Virus record (IMG/VR): IMGVR_UViG_3300012971_000013
Span: 1-40,958 of that record
Source of the DNA: a virus
Strand: one strand, 5' to 3'
DNA length: 40,958 nucleotides
Shown piece by piece: positions 32,051-40,958 of this stretch. The first letter of the stretch is position 1. Each line of letters begins with the position of its first letter. The notes under the pieces were generated by a model that had not been told where the DNA came from, did no database searches, and worked only from the letters and a program-made list of their open reading frames with translations. The position numbers and the translations under genes were made by a program.

Positions 32051-33407
32051 ACTCTCGCTCCCGAATGGCTTTCAGCCGCGACCGTACCAGGCGCGAGCGA
32101 TGGCCGCGTTCGATGCCGGGATCACGCGCGGCGTCTACGTGTGGGCGCGGCGCTCGGGCAAGGACGTCACCTTCATGCACCAGATCGCGAAGATGTCGCA
32201 CGAGCGCATCGGCACCTACTTCCACATGCTGCCGACGTTCACGCAGGCGAAGCGCAACGTGTGGGACGCGATTGACGACCAGGAGCGGCGCATCCTCGAC
32301 CACGTCTTCCCGCTCGCGCTGCGCGCGAACACCAACGAGACCGATCTCAAGATTCAGTTCCGCTGCGGCTCGATCTACCAACTGATCGGCGCGGACTCGT
32401 ACAACTCGGTGGTGGGCTCGAACCCGGTGGGCCTGGTGATGAGCGAGTACGCGTTGATCGACCCGCGCGCCTGGCAGATTTTCCGACCGATCCTCGTGCA
32501 GAACCATGGCTGGGCCGCGTTCATCGGCACGCCGCGCGGCTACAACCACTTCCATGACCAGCTCGAAATCGCCAAGCGCGAAGAGGACTGGGACTGGTCG
32601 CAGATCAACGCCATCGAAGCGGGCTACATGACGCAGGCGCAGATCGACAAGGAAATTCGCACCGGCATGCCCGAGGAGCTTGCGCGCCAGGAGTACATGG
32701 TCGACTTCTCGGCGGCGAACGTGGGCGCGATCCTCGGATCGCGCATCGAGCGCGCCGAGAAAGAGGGCCGCGTGTCCGACGTCTTCCAGTTCGACCCGGC
32801 GGGCTCGGGCGTGGTGGTGTCGTCCGACATCGGCTACCGCGACGCGGCGGCGTTCTGGTTCTGGCAGGCGATCCCCGGCGGCTTCCAGTTGCTCGCGTAC
32901 GACGAAGACTCGGGCCTCGACGCCTCCGACTGGATCGAGCGCCTGCGCGCGCAGCCGATCCCGATTGCAAAGATCATGCTGCCGCACGACGCGAAAGCGA
33001 AGCACATGTCATCGCGTCACTCGGTCCTGGAGCAGTTCCTCCAGGCGGGCTTCTCCTGCGGGATCGTGCCCCAGTCGCGCATCGTCGACCGCGTGAACGC
33101 AGCGCGCTCGGTGATCGCGCGTTGCAGTTTCGCGCGCAAGGCCTGCGCGCAAGGCCTGCAGATTCTGCGCGACTGGGCGTTCAAGTACGACGAAGAGCGC
33201 AAGACCTTCTCGCGCGAGCCCGATCACAACTACGCGAGCCACGGCGGCGACGCGTTCAGCTACGGGTGCCAGTCGGTGATGGAGTTCGTGCAGGTGCCGA
33301 ACCCGACTGACCGCTATCGCGACATCGGACATGCGGCCTCCTACGCGTTCCACCTGGAGCAGTTGTACCAGGACCGCGCGGAGGCCAACGGCGGGCGGCA
33401 CTTTTGA
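32043..33407 (+). CDS. terL: Terminase large subunit
   Basis: 454 aa. Deviant Walker A ..WARRSGKDV.., Walker B-like ..GLVMSEYA.., ..IGTPRGYNHF.., and C-terminal nuclease acidic residues (..VVSSDIGYRD.., ..HGGDAFSY..). Confidence 0.88.
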   Translation: MPELSLPNGFQPRPYQARAMAAFDAGITRGVYVWARRSGKDVTFMHQIAKMSHERIGTYFHMLPTFTQAKRNVWDAIDDQERRILDHVFPLALRANTNETDLKIQFRCGSIYQLIGADSYNSVVGSNPVGLVMSEYALIDPRAWQIFRPILVQNHGWAAFIGTPRGYNHFHDQLEIAKREEDWDWSQINAIEAGYMTQAQIDKEIRTGMPEELARQEYMVDFSAANVGAILGSRIERAEKEGRVSDVFQFDPAGSGVVVSSDIGYRDAAAFWFWQAIPGGFQLLAYDEDSGLDASDWIERLRAQPIPIAKIMLPHDAKAKHMSSRHSVLEQFLQAGFSCGIVPQSRIVDRVNAARSVIARCSFARKACAQGLQILRDWAFKYDEERKTFSREPDHNYASHGGDAFSYGCQSVMEFVQVPNPTDRYRDIGHAASYAFHLEQLYQDRAEANGGRHF

Positions 33408-33541
33408 AGCTCGCATGGATCATTTTCTTCCTCACCGGATGCACCGTGCTCTCGGGCCCTTGCAACCGCGAGGTCACGGTGAAGACGGAGTGCGAACCGA
33501 GCGGCAGCGTCGTGACGTTTCCGTCGCCCGGGGGGCATTGA
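33404..33541 (+). CDS. 45-aa lipoprotein candidate between terL and portal
   Basis: TTG start overlaps the terL stop (TTTTGAAG). (M)KLAWIIFFLTGC.. gives a signal peptide plus lipobox LTGC. The mature part has 3 Cys. Confidence 0.35.
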   Translation: MKLAWIIFFLTGCTVLSGPCNREVTVKTECEPSGSVVTFPSPGGH

Positions 33542-33544
33542 GCC

Positions 33545-35521
33545 ATGGCTGAACAGGTCAGCGAGTTCAAATCGAAGTCCGACCTCTACGAGCGCGAGCT
33601 AGGCGCTGCGAAGAAGGAACTGGACAAGTGGCAGGAGACCGCCGCGCGCGTGGTGAAGCGCTACCTCGGCGGCAAGGCGACCAACGCGAGCGCGACGACC
33701 GACGACGGCGGCGTGTTCAATCTCTTCTGGTCGAACGTCAACATCCTGAAGGCCGCGCTCTACGCGAAGCAGCCCAAGGCCGACGTCTCGCGACGGCACA
33801 AGGACTACTCCGACGACGTCGCCCGCGTCGGCGGGATCATCATCGAGCGCATTCTCAACCTCGACATGGACTCGCGCGCGAGTGACTTCGACGCGGCGCT
33901 GCGCCATGTGATCGAGGACCGCCTGGTGCCCGGCATGGGGCAGATGTGGCTGCGCTACGAGCCGACGTTCACCAACCAGACGGTCGACCCGGTGGTCGAT
34001 CAGCAGACCGGGCAGACCATGGTCGAGGGCGGCGACTTCGAGGTGATCGGCGACGAGCACGTCGCGAGCGATTACGTGTACTGGCGCGATTTCCTGTACT
34101 CGCCCGCGCGAACCTGGCCCGAGGTGCGCTGGGTCGCGCGCGGCGTGTGGATGACGCGCGATCAGTTGAAGGCGAAATTCGGCAACCGCCTGGGGTCGCT
34201 GGTGCCGCTGCAGAACGCGCGCGGCGCGAAGAACGCGCTCCCCGAGAACGATCCCTGGTCGAAGGCGCAGGTGTGGGAAATCTGGTCGAAGGAAACGCGC
34301 TACGTGTGCTGGAAGGTGATCGGCTTCGACCAGCTACTCGGCGAGCAGCCCGATCCGCTCGGGCTCACGAACTTCTTCCCGTGCCCGAAGCCGCTCATCG
34401 CGAACGTGAGCACGACCTCGTTCGTGCCAAAGGCCGATTACCAGATGCTGCGCGACCAGTACGTCGAACTCGACGTCGTGTCGGCGCGCATCGCGCTGCT
34501 CGAAGACGCGATCCGCGTCGCGGGCGTCTACGACAAGTCGAGCGCGCAGCTACAGCAACTCATCAGCAACCGCGTGCAGAACATCATGATCCCGGCGGAC
34601 AACTGGGCGATGTTCGCGGAGAAGGGCGGCATCAAGGGCGCGGTCGATTGGTTCCCGCTCGACATGGTGATGCTGGCCCTCGACAAGCTGCGCGAGGTGA
34701 AGGCCGCGCTCAAGCAAGACCTCTACGACCTCACCGGGCTCTCCGACATCATGCGCGGCGCGTCGGTCGCGAGCGAGACCGCGACGGCGCAGCAACTGAA
34801 GGCGCAGTACGGCTCGGTGCGGATGCAGTTTATGCAGGGCGAGCTAGCGGAGTTCGTGCAGTCGGCGCTGCAGATCAAGGCCGAGATCATGTCGGCGCAC
34901 TTCCAGCCCGAGACGCTCATCCGCCGGTCGCTGATCGACAAGACGCCCGATGCGCAATACGCGCAGGCGGCGGTCGAGCTTCTGCGCGACAAGCGCATGG
35001 CGATCTACTCGCTCGCCGTCGATCCCGACGCGATGGCGATGACCGACTACGCGGCGGAACAGGACGCGCGCACGCAGTGCATCACCGCCATCGGCCAGTT
35101 CATGCAAGCGGCCTGGCCGCTCGCGCAGGCGAAGCCCGAGTCGGTCCCGTTCCTGCTCCAGATCATGCAGTGGTTCCTCGCGGGCTTCAAAGCGGGCAAG
35201 CAGATCGAGGGCGTGCTCGACCAGGCGATCACCGCCATGCAGAACCAGCCGCCGCAGCCGCCCGCGCCTGATCCCGCCGAGAAGGCAGCGCAGGCCGACG
35301 CGCAGGCGACGATGATGAAGGCGGGCGCGGACGTCAAGGCGACGCAGATGAAGACCATGGCGAAGATTCAGGGCGACCGCATGAAGCAGGCGAGCGAAGC
35401 GCGCAACCGCCAGATGAAAACCGTCGGCGAGGTCGCCGCGATGCAGACAGCAGCGCAGCAGGGCACGCCACCAGGTGGCGCGGCACCGCCGCCGTCGCTC
35501 ACAGGACTGCCGCCAGGATGA
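33545..35521 (+). CDS. Portal (head-tail connector) protein
   Basis: 658 aa, directly after the terminase. Size and helical/acidic character fit podovirus connectors. Gln/Ala/Pro-rich C-terminal tail. Confidence 0.8.
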   Translation: MAEQVSEFKSKSDLYERELGAAKKELDKWQETAARVVKRYLGGKATNASATTDDGGVFNLFWSNVNILKAALYAKQPKADVSRRHKDYSDDVARVGGIIIERILNLDMDSRASDFDAALRHVIEDRLVPGMGQMWLRYEPTFTNQTVDPVVDQQTGQTMVEGGDFEVIGDEHVASDYVYWRDFLYSPARTWPEVRWVARGVWMTRDQLKAKFGNRLGSLVPLQNARGAKNALPENDPWSKAQVWEIWSKETRYVCWKVIGFDQLLGEQPDPLGLTNFFPCPKPLIANVSTTSFVPKADYQMLRDQYVELDVVSARIALLEDAIRVAGVYDKSSAQLQQLISNRVQNIMIPADNWAMFAEKGGIKGAVDWFPLDMVMLALDKLREVKAALKQDLYDLTGLSDIMRGASVASETATAQQLKAQYGSVRMQFMQGELAEFVQSALQIKAEIMSAHFQPETLIRRSLIDKTPDAQYAQAAVELLRDKRMAIYSLAVDPDAMAMTDYAAEQDARTQCITAIGQFMQAAWPLAQAKPESVPFLLQIMQWFLAGFKAGKQIEGVLDQAITAMQNQPPQPPAPDPAEKAAQADAQATMMKAGADVKATQMKTMAKIQGDRMKQASEARNRQMKTVGEVAAMQTAAQQGTPPGGAAPPPSLTGLPPG

Positions 35522-35823
35522 GACGCCGCTACATCCAGCGCGGACTCGAATTGATCGAGGTCACGGGTGAGGACCGTGATCGCGCTCGACGCGCGGACCA
35601 CATCCTGTGGAACGACCGCGCGTATCAGGACGCCAACGACCCGCGCTTCACCTCGCGCTCGACGCATCGCGAGTACATGAAGCGCGAGGGGCTCACGACC
35701 GTCGACGACTTCAAGCAGAGCTTCAAGGATGCGCGCGAGAAGCGCCTCGCGTTCTATCGTGGCGAGGACGCGTCGCGTAAGGTCGACATCGAGCGCGCCA
35801 TCGAGCAGGTGAAACGTGCCTAG
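35518..35823 (+). CDS. Hypothetical small head-module protein
   Basis: ATGA coupling. 101 aa, GC3-rich. Confidence 0.55.
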   Translation: MRRRYIQRGLELIEVTGEDRDRARRADHILWNDRAYQDANDPRFTSRSTHREYMKREGLTTVDDFKQSFKDAREKRLAFYRGEDASRKVDIERAIEQVKRA

Positions 35824-37417
35824 CATCGCCCAGGCCCTGGCGTTCGCCGACAAGTTGCGCGCGATAGCAGCGAGGACCGGCAGCGCCGTGGATGGCGCTC
35901 GGGCGGCTGAAGCCGCACGCGCCGCTGATACCGCGATCCGCGAGCAGCGCCTGGCCGCGCAACACACGCAGCAACTCGCGACTGAGGCGCGGTACGCGCA
36001 GCGCGCGAAGGAAGCGAAGGCGCTTCAGCCCGAGTTGGAAGCGCAGGCCGCGAGCGTCGCCGCGCTGCGCGAGAAGCCGCACACCAATCCCTACACGGGC
36101 CAGATGACGCTGCCGGGGATCGCGCCGCTCACAAGCGAACAGGAGAAGCTCCAGGCCGCTGCGCGCGTCAAGGCGCTTCGCAAGGAGACGGAATTCGGCG
36201 CGCCTGGCTACGACCCCGACCGCGCGCGCGCGGCGACCGAGGCGTTCCTCACTGCCGGGCGAGATAACCCGAACCTTTTCCTCTACGGCACCGCGCCGCC
36301 TCCGAATCTGCGCCACATGGAAGACCTGGCCGACTACTACTCGAAGCAGTCTGGTCACCGTATCAACGTCGACTACGCGGCGGGCGAGAGCGACGAGCCC
36401 TACAAGATCAAGGAGCCGAAAGAACACGGGCGCGGCGAGGTGATGCGCAATGAGTACGGCGATTACAAGTACGCGACGCACGAGCGAGGCGATTCGCCGA
36501 TGTACGACCCGTACGGCGACATCAAGAAGGTCGAGAAGGAGGTCGAGCTTGTCGGGCCACCGCAGGAACACGAGACGACCATCGGCCTGTACGGCACGAA
36601 GAAGGTGCCGAAGGAAGCGCGCGGCGGTGAGATCAAGTACGACGAGTACGGCGATACCGTCTTCCAGAAGAGCCGAGGCGGTGAGCCGGTGCTCGACGAG
36701 CGCGGCAGGCAGAAGTATCGCGAGGTCGAGAACCCGGACTATTCCGAGCAAGAGGGCTTCGAGCTTTCGGTGCCCTCGAAGCGCTCGACGATCAACTACA
36801 TCCCGGAGGAAGGCAGCATCGCTGCATCCTCTGGCGGAAGCTCGGGCGGCGGACAGTTGCTCTACCAGCTAGCCAACACCTACGCGCTGCGCCATGGCCT
36901 GGACATCAAGAGCACGAGCGGGCTCACCCCGGTGAACATGCTGCGCCTGCTCGGCAACTCGCTCTCGACCTATGCGCGTCACGGCGAGAATCCGCGCTAT
37001 GTCACCGGCACCATCGCAGGCGACCGCCCGGTGGCGCGCGGCAAGGCGCGCGGCTTCGACCTGTGGAACGCCGAGACCGGCGCGACCGAAGCGCGGCTCA
37101 AGAATTACGTCGACGATCCGCGACGCGTCGAGTTCGACGGCGAGAATTTCCTTCTCGATGGTCAGCCCACGACGGCGAAAGAGATCGAGGCGAACCTGCC
37201 GCACATTTCGCCCGACTTCAAGGAGACCGGCGTCGGCACGAAGACGCTGCAGCGCGCCGCCGTGCTGCGCCATCTTGAGAACACATCGCCGCAGGAGGCT
37301 GCGTCGCTCGGGCAGCGCTGGAACCTCGGGCCACTCTTCGCTGGAGTCGGCGGGGCCAGCGTCGGCCTGGGCGCGCTCGGTTCAGGCCTGCGCGAGACGC
37401 AGCCGGGGTATGACTGA
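35816..37417 (+). CDS. Large head-module protein with short YD-like repeats (possible internal/ejected protein)
   Basis: GTG start, 533 aa. Three repeats: RGEVMRNEYGDYKY / RGGEIKYDEYGDTVF / RGGEPVLDERGRQKY. Confidence 0.55.
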   Translation: MPSIAQALAFADKLRAIAARTGSAVDGARAAEAARAADTAIREQRLAAQHTQQLATEARYAQRAKEAKALQPELEAQAASVAALREKPHTNPYTGQMTLPGIAPLTSEQEKLQAAARVKALRKETEFGAPGYDPDRARAATEAFLTAGRDNPNLFLYGTAPPPNLRHMEDLADYYSKQSGHRINVDYAAGESDEPYKIKEPKEHGRGEVMRNEYGDYKYATHERGDSPMYDPYGDIKKVEKEVELVGPPQEHETTIGLYGTKKVPKEARGGEIKYDEYGDTVFQKSRGGEPVLDERGRQKYREVENPDYSEQEGFELSVPSKRSTINYIPEEGSIAASSGGSSGGGQLLYQLANTYALRHGLDIKSTSGLTPVNMLRLLGNSLSTYARHGENPRYVTGTIAGDRPVARGKARGFDLWNAETGATEARLKNYVDDPRRVEFDGENFLLDGQPTTAKEIEANLPHISPDFKETGVGTKTLQRAAVLRHLENTSPQEAASLGQRWNLGPLFAGVGGASVGLGALGSGLRETQPGYD

Positions 37418-39099
37418 TGGGCCCAGCACCTGGCACCTACGCGACGAACCGTGAACCCTTGACGCCGGAGGAGCGCGAGGCCGCGCGGCGTCGCAGAGAG
37501 AACACGCCACCGTGGACCGACGTCCCGAAGGCGATGCTCGAAATGTACGCGGCGGCTCTTCGCGGCGTGACGAAGGCGACGCTCGGCACGCCTGGCGAGA
37601 TCGAGGACATCTTCCCACGGCGCGAGAATCCGGTGCCTGCGGACAACTGGCGCTACCTGGGCGGGATGCTCAAGAAGCCCACGGGCCGCGTGTTCCCGAC
37701 GATGAAAGAGGTGGGCGAAATGCTGCCGCCGTTGCACCCGCGCGATCTCTCGTCGCTCGTCGCCGAGGAGCCCGAGAATCCGTACGAGACGCTCGGATCG
37801 TTCGCGCCGGTCGGGCCGAAGACGGTGGGACAACTCGGTCGCGCCGTCGGCGAAGGCGTGCGTGGCATTGGCGGCGTCACGCGCTCGGCGCTCTCCGAGG
37901 TGCTGCGCCCGAGCACGCCACGCCTGCAGATCGGCGCGATCAACCCGCGCGGCGTCAAGCTCGGCAAGCTCGAAGAGGTGCTGAAGACCGGTGAAGCGCC
38001 GATGCTGCCACCGTCGAGCGAGAGCGGCGCGATCCTGCCGCGCGCGCCAGGCGGGGGCGAAGCGCAGTTCATTCCTGCGGAGCAAGCGCCAATCCCGCGC
38101 GTCACCGACCTCGGGCGCGAGCCCAAGATGAACGAGCGCTCCCTTGCGCTCGGCAGATCGAAGCGCGCTGCATCTGCGGTCGACGAGTTGATTGCGAAGG
38201 GGCGCACGATCAATCCCGAGCTTGAGCACTGGTACGGCGCGGAGCCGCTGCGGCAGTTCGCGCTGAACGAAGGGCTCTCGCAGCAGGAGTTCGAGCGCAT
38301 GCTCGCGCACCTGTCGAGCGCGAGCCAGCGCAACCCGGTGCTGAACGAGAACATGATCGGCTCGTACCTGTGGGGCATGGACAAGCGCGGCGAGTTCTCG
38401 CCTGCGTCGCAGCTTTACACGAACAAGCGAGCATCCGAAGGCCTGCGCCTGGACGAGCCCGGCGTGGTCGCGATGCCCGAGGGCCTGGGATCGCTCGCGC
38501 AGTCGCCGATCTTCTACCGTGCGAAGAACCTCGCGCTCGGCGGCAACCCCGAGGACGTCTTCGGCCCGAAGATTCTCTCGTACTACCGCAACAAGCTCGG
38601 CAACCAGGTGCCGGTGACCGTCGACGTCAACGCGACGCACGGGCCGGTGATGAGCGCCGGGCTCACCGACTGGCTGAAGACGCTCACCGAGAAAGGCGAC
38701 TACAGACCGCGCGCGGAGTATGCCGCCGGTCGGCTTTCGCTGCGCGAAGCGCGCAAGCGCCCTGGCTACTGGGAAGACGCGCCCGACGCGCCCGGCGAGT
38801 ACAAAGCCTTCGAGGACTTGTGGACGAAGGGAGCGCAGCGCGCTGGCGTCACACCCTCTGCCGGGCAGGCGCTCGGCTGGTACGGCTCGGGCGACGTCAC
38901 CGCATTGAAGACGCCGCCGATCACGTACCCGGAACTGCTCGAACAGTCGGCGCGCGCTGCTGCAGTACGTCAAGGTGTCTCGCCGGTCGAGGCGTTCAAG
39001 CGCATGGTGCGCGGTCGAACAGGCGGGCAACTCGGCGCGGGCTTGATCGGCGGTGCTGGACTCACCGAGGCGTTGCAAGATCAGGATCAGAATTTATGA
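37417..39099 (+). CDS. Large head-module protein of unknown function
   Basis: TGATG coupling, 560 aa, GC3-rich. No motif recognised. Confidence 0.55.
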   Translation: MGPAPGTYATNREPLTPEEREAARRRRENTPPWTDVPKAMLEMYAAALRGVTKATLGTPGEIEDIFPRRENPVPADNWRYLGGMLKKPTGRVFPTMKEVGEMLPPLHPRDLSSLVAEEPENPYETLGSFAPVGPKTVGQLGRAVGEGVRGIGGVTRSALSEVLRPSTPRLQIGAINPRGVKLGKLEEVLKTGEAPMLPPSSESGAILPRAPGGGEAQFIPAEQAPIPRVTDLGREPKMNERSLALGRSKRAASAVDELIAKGRTINPELEHWYGAEPLRQFALNEGLSQQEFERMLAHLSSASQRNPVLNENMIGSYLWGMDKRGEFSPASQLYTNKRASEGLRLDEPGVVAMPEGLGSLAQSPIFYRAKNLALGGNPEDVFGPKILSYYRNKLGNQVPVTVDVNATHGPVMSAGLTDWLKTLTEKGDYRPRAEYAAGRLSLREARKRPGYWEDAPDAPGEYKAFEDLWTKGAQRAGVTPSAGQALGWYGSGDVTALKTPPITYPELLEQSARAAAVRQGVSPVEAFKRMVRGRTGGQLGAGLIGGAGLTEALQDQDQNL

Positions 39100-39174
39100 G
39101 CAAGAGCTATCCGATTCGCACAGCGCAACACGCGCGCGAAACGAATAGCCCGAGGCTAGTTCCACGAGGAACAC

Positions 39175-40341
39175 ATGAGCGAAGAAAACACGAACGTCGA
39201 ACCACCGGAAGCACCGAGCGGCGGCGATTCGCTGCGCGATGACGTTGCGAAGGCCTTCGACGAGGTCGAATCCCGCGAAGCGCCACCACCGGACAACAAG
39301 GCTGCGCCAACTCCTGCGAGAGCGCCTGACGTCCCACCGGGTGAGCGTCTTCGCGGACCCGACGGTCGCTTCCAAGCGCAGGATGGCCTGCAGAAGCCCC
39401 CTGCAGGGCCTGCAGCGGCCACCAAGCCAGCACCCGGCCCGGTGCCATCGGCTACCCCTCCGGCGGCTCAGAAGCCTCCCGTGGCACCGCCGGAGGCTCC
39501 AGCGGCGCTGCGGCCACCGACAAGCTGGAAGCCCGCGATCCGCGAGCACTGGGCGAAGGTGCCGCCCGAGGTGCAGCAGGAGGTGCTGCGCCGCGAGAGC
39601 GAGGTCGCGCGCGCGATGCAGGAAGGCGCTCGCCATCGCGAGGCGCTCGCCCAGGTGCAGGCGGTGCTCGGGCCCTTCTCGGCGAACATCGCCGCGACCG
39701 GCGGCGACGCGCTCGGCGCGATGCAGTCGCTCTTCCAGGCCGACCACACGCTGCGCCACGGCTCGGTCGCCGAGAAGGCGCAACTCGCTGCGACCATCAT
39801 CAAGAACTACGGCGTCGACATCCGCGCGCTCGACGCGGTCCTGGCCGGGCAACCGATGGCCGACGATCCGAACGCGCAACTCGCCGCGCAGCTACGCCGC
39901 GAAATGCAGCAGCAGCTACAGCCGCTGATGGGCTACTTCAACCAGGTGCAGGGCACCAGGCAGCAGGCGCTGAACCAGATCAACACGAACGCCGTGAGCG
40001 AGGTGGACGCCTTCGGCCAGGACGCGGCGCACGAGTTCTTCGACGCCGTGCGCGAGGACATGGCCGACATCATGGACCTGCACACCGCGCGCGGCCAGGC
40101 CATCACGTTGCAAGAGGCCTATGATCGTGCTATAAATTTCCATCCGCAGGTTCGCGAGGTGGTTGCGAAGCGTGCGGAAGCGGAGCGAGCGAACGCTGCA
40201 GCAGCAGCCGCCCAGCGGGCCAGAAGGACCGCAGCGAGCATCAGCAGTTCGCCCGCACCAGCAGGCGCAGTACCGGGACCAGCAAGCGATGATCGCCGGG
40301 CCACGATTGCAGCGGCTTGGGACGATGCAGCAGCGAGCTAG
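39175..40341 (+). CDS. Scaffolding protein candidate
   Basis: 388 aa. Ala/Pro/Gln/Glu-rich and helical. Immediately upstream of the capsid gene. Confidence 0.55.
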   Translation: MSEENTNVEPPEAPSGGDSLRDDVAKAFDEVESREAPPPDNKAAPTPARAPDVPPGERLRGPDGRFQAQDGLQKPPAGPAAATKPAPGPVPSATPPAAQKPPVAPPEAPAALRPPTSWKPAIREHWAKVPPEVQQEVLRRESEVARAMQEGARHREALAQVQAVLGPFSANIAATGGDALGAMQSLFQADHTLRHGSVAEKAQLAATIIKNYGVDIRALDAVLAGQPMADDPNAQLAAQLRREMQQQLQPLMGYFNQVQGTRQQALNQINTNAVSEVDAFGQDAAHEFFDAVREDMADIMDLHTARGQAITLQEAYDRAINFHPQVREVVAKRAEAERANAAAAAAQRARRTAASISSSPAPAGAVPGPASDDRRATIAAAWDDAAAS

Positions 40342-40523
40342 GCCACCCGGCGAGTAGCGTAATCCCCTCCTGCGCGAGGGGCCGCGAACACCGCAACGGT
40401 GCCATCGCGGAGTTGCGTGAGCCGGTCGCCCGACCGGTCAAGGGCGCGTGCCATCGTAGATCGAACACGAGGGCCTCGCGGGCAAAGAGAAGTTTTCTTT
40501 GCAACCCTTGAACGGAGGCACTC

Positions 40524-40958
40524 GTGGCATTTCCAAACATCAGCGACATCGTCGCGACGACGATTGAGAATCGCTCGCGCAAGATCGCCGATAACGTCAC
40601 GAAGAACAATGGTCTTCTGACGTACATCGAGAAGGGCGGCAACACCCGCACGATCTCGGGCGGCACCGTCATCCTGCAGGAACTGAGCTTCGCGGAGAAC
40701 GGCAACGCGGGCTGGTACTCGGGCTATGACCTGCTCCCGGTCGCGGCGCAGGACGTCATCAGCGCAGCGCAGTTCGACCTGAAGCAGGCGGCTTGCCCGG
40801 TCATCATCAGCGGCCTGGAGCAACTGCAGAACAACGGCAAGGAGCAGATGATCGATCTGCTCGACGGTCGCCTCTCGGTGGCCGAGAGCACGATGGCGAA
40901 CCTCATCGCGGGCGGCATCTACTCGGACGGCACCGCGAACGGCGGCAAGCAGATCACC
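40524..40958 (+). CDS. Major capsid protein, N-terminal part (runs across the circular junction into 1..621; 321 aa total)
   Basis: GTG start 6 nt after GGAGG. Open to the window end in the same frame as ORF 10..621 (..LLDGRLSVAESTMANLIAGG..). Lies directly after the scaffold-like gene and before a strong terminator. Confidence 0.75.
   Translation, partial: MAFPNISDIVATTIENRSRKIADNVTKNNGLLTYIEKGGNTRTISGGTVILQELSFAENGNAGWYSGYDLLPVAAQDVISAAQFDLKQAACPVIISGLEQLQNNGKEQMIDLLDGRLSVAESTMANLIAGGIYSDGTANGGKQIT
40869..40958. repeat. 90-bp terminal overlap identical to bases 1-90 (circular closure of the contig)
   Basis: Read directly: cgcctctcggtggccgagagcacgatggcg...gcagatcacc occurs at both ends, in the same reading frame of the capsid gene. 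Confidence 0.9.

Larger units (their letters stand above)
1..40958. mobile_element. Complete circularly closed GC-rich temperate phage genome (short-tailed/podovirus-like structural gene set), unit length 40868 bp
   Basis: Terminase, portal, scaffold, capsid, tail fibre, integrase, excisionase, CI/Cro-like switch, exonuclease+annealase and replication initiator are all present. Bases 1-90 equal 40869-40958. No host-like flanks. Confidence 0.85.

Noticed and set aside
35723-36751. 342-aa ORF on the - strand
   Set aside because: Antisense shadow of 35816..37417, Arg/Leu/Val-rich, with no independent signals.
37162-39078. 638-aa ORF on the - strand
   Set aside because: Antisense to the 560-aa head-module gene. 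The translation is extremely Arg/Ala/Leu-rich and is a shadow ORF of a high-GC coding region.

Overview
The window is one complete, circularly closed, GC-rich temperate phage genome. Bases 1-90 are identical to 40869-40958, so the unit is 40868 bp with no host flanks, and the junction splits the capsid gene.

Layout:
- Late/structural block on the + strand (31.2 kb, through the junction, to 13.46 kb): small membrane protein, DUF3008-like, small and large terminase, tiny lipoprotein, portal, two large proteins, scaffold, capsid with a strong terminator, a tandem LamG-lectin protein, adaptor/nozzle-like proteins, internal-virion-like proteins with GNAT-like and heme-oxygenase-like di-iron genes among them, and a tail fibre with a collar domain.
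- A lower-GC three-gene island on the - strand (13.46-14.6 kb).
- An AT-richer candidate attP next to a tyrosine integrase.
- A long leftward operon (21.66 to 16.18 kb): small genes, XRE HTH, tandem paralogs, Gly-zipper peptide, HExxH protein, YqaJ exonuclease, Cys-rich protein, annealase, excisionase.
- A second divergent control region (21.67-21.90 kb) with three GCACGG-N3-CCGTGC sites, driving a rightward three-gene cassette that ends in a Cys/His peptidase-like gene.
- A CI (HTH+S24)/Cro-like switch at 25.2-26.6 kb, with nine small genes behind a hairpin downstream of cI.
- A rightward early operon: replication initiator with iterons inside its gene, many translationally coupled small genes, and a Vsr/DUF559-like nuclease.

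I found no tRNA, rRNA, CRISPR array, reverse transcriptase/DGR or recognisable endolysin. Functions come from motifs read by eye and from synteny; no database search was possible. Most of the long opposite-strand ORFs in the track look like GC-rich shadow ORFs.
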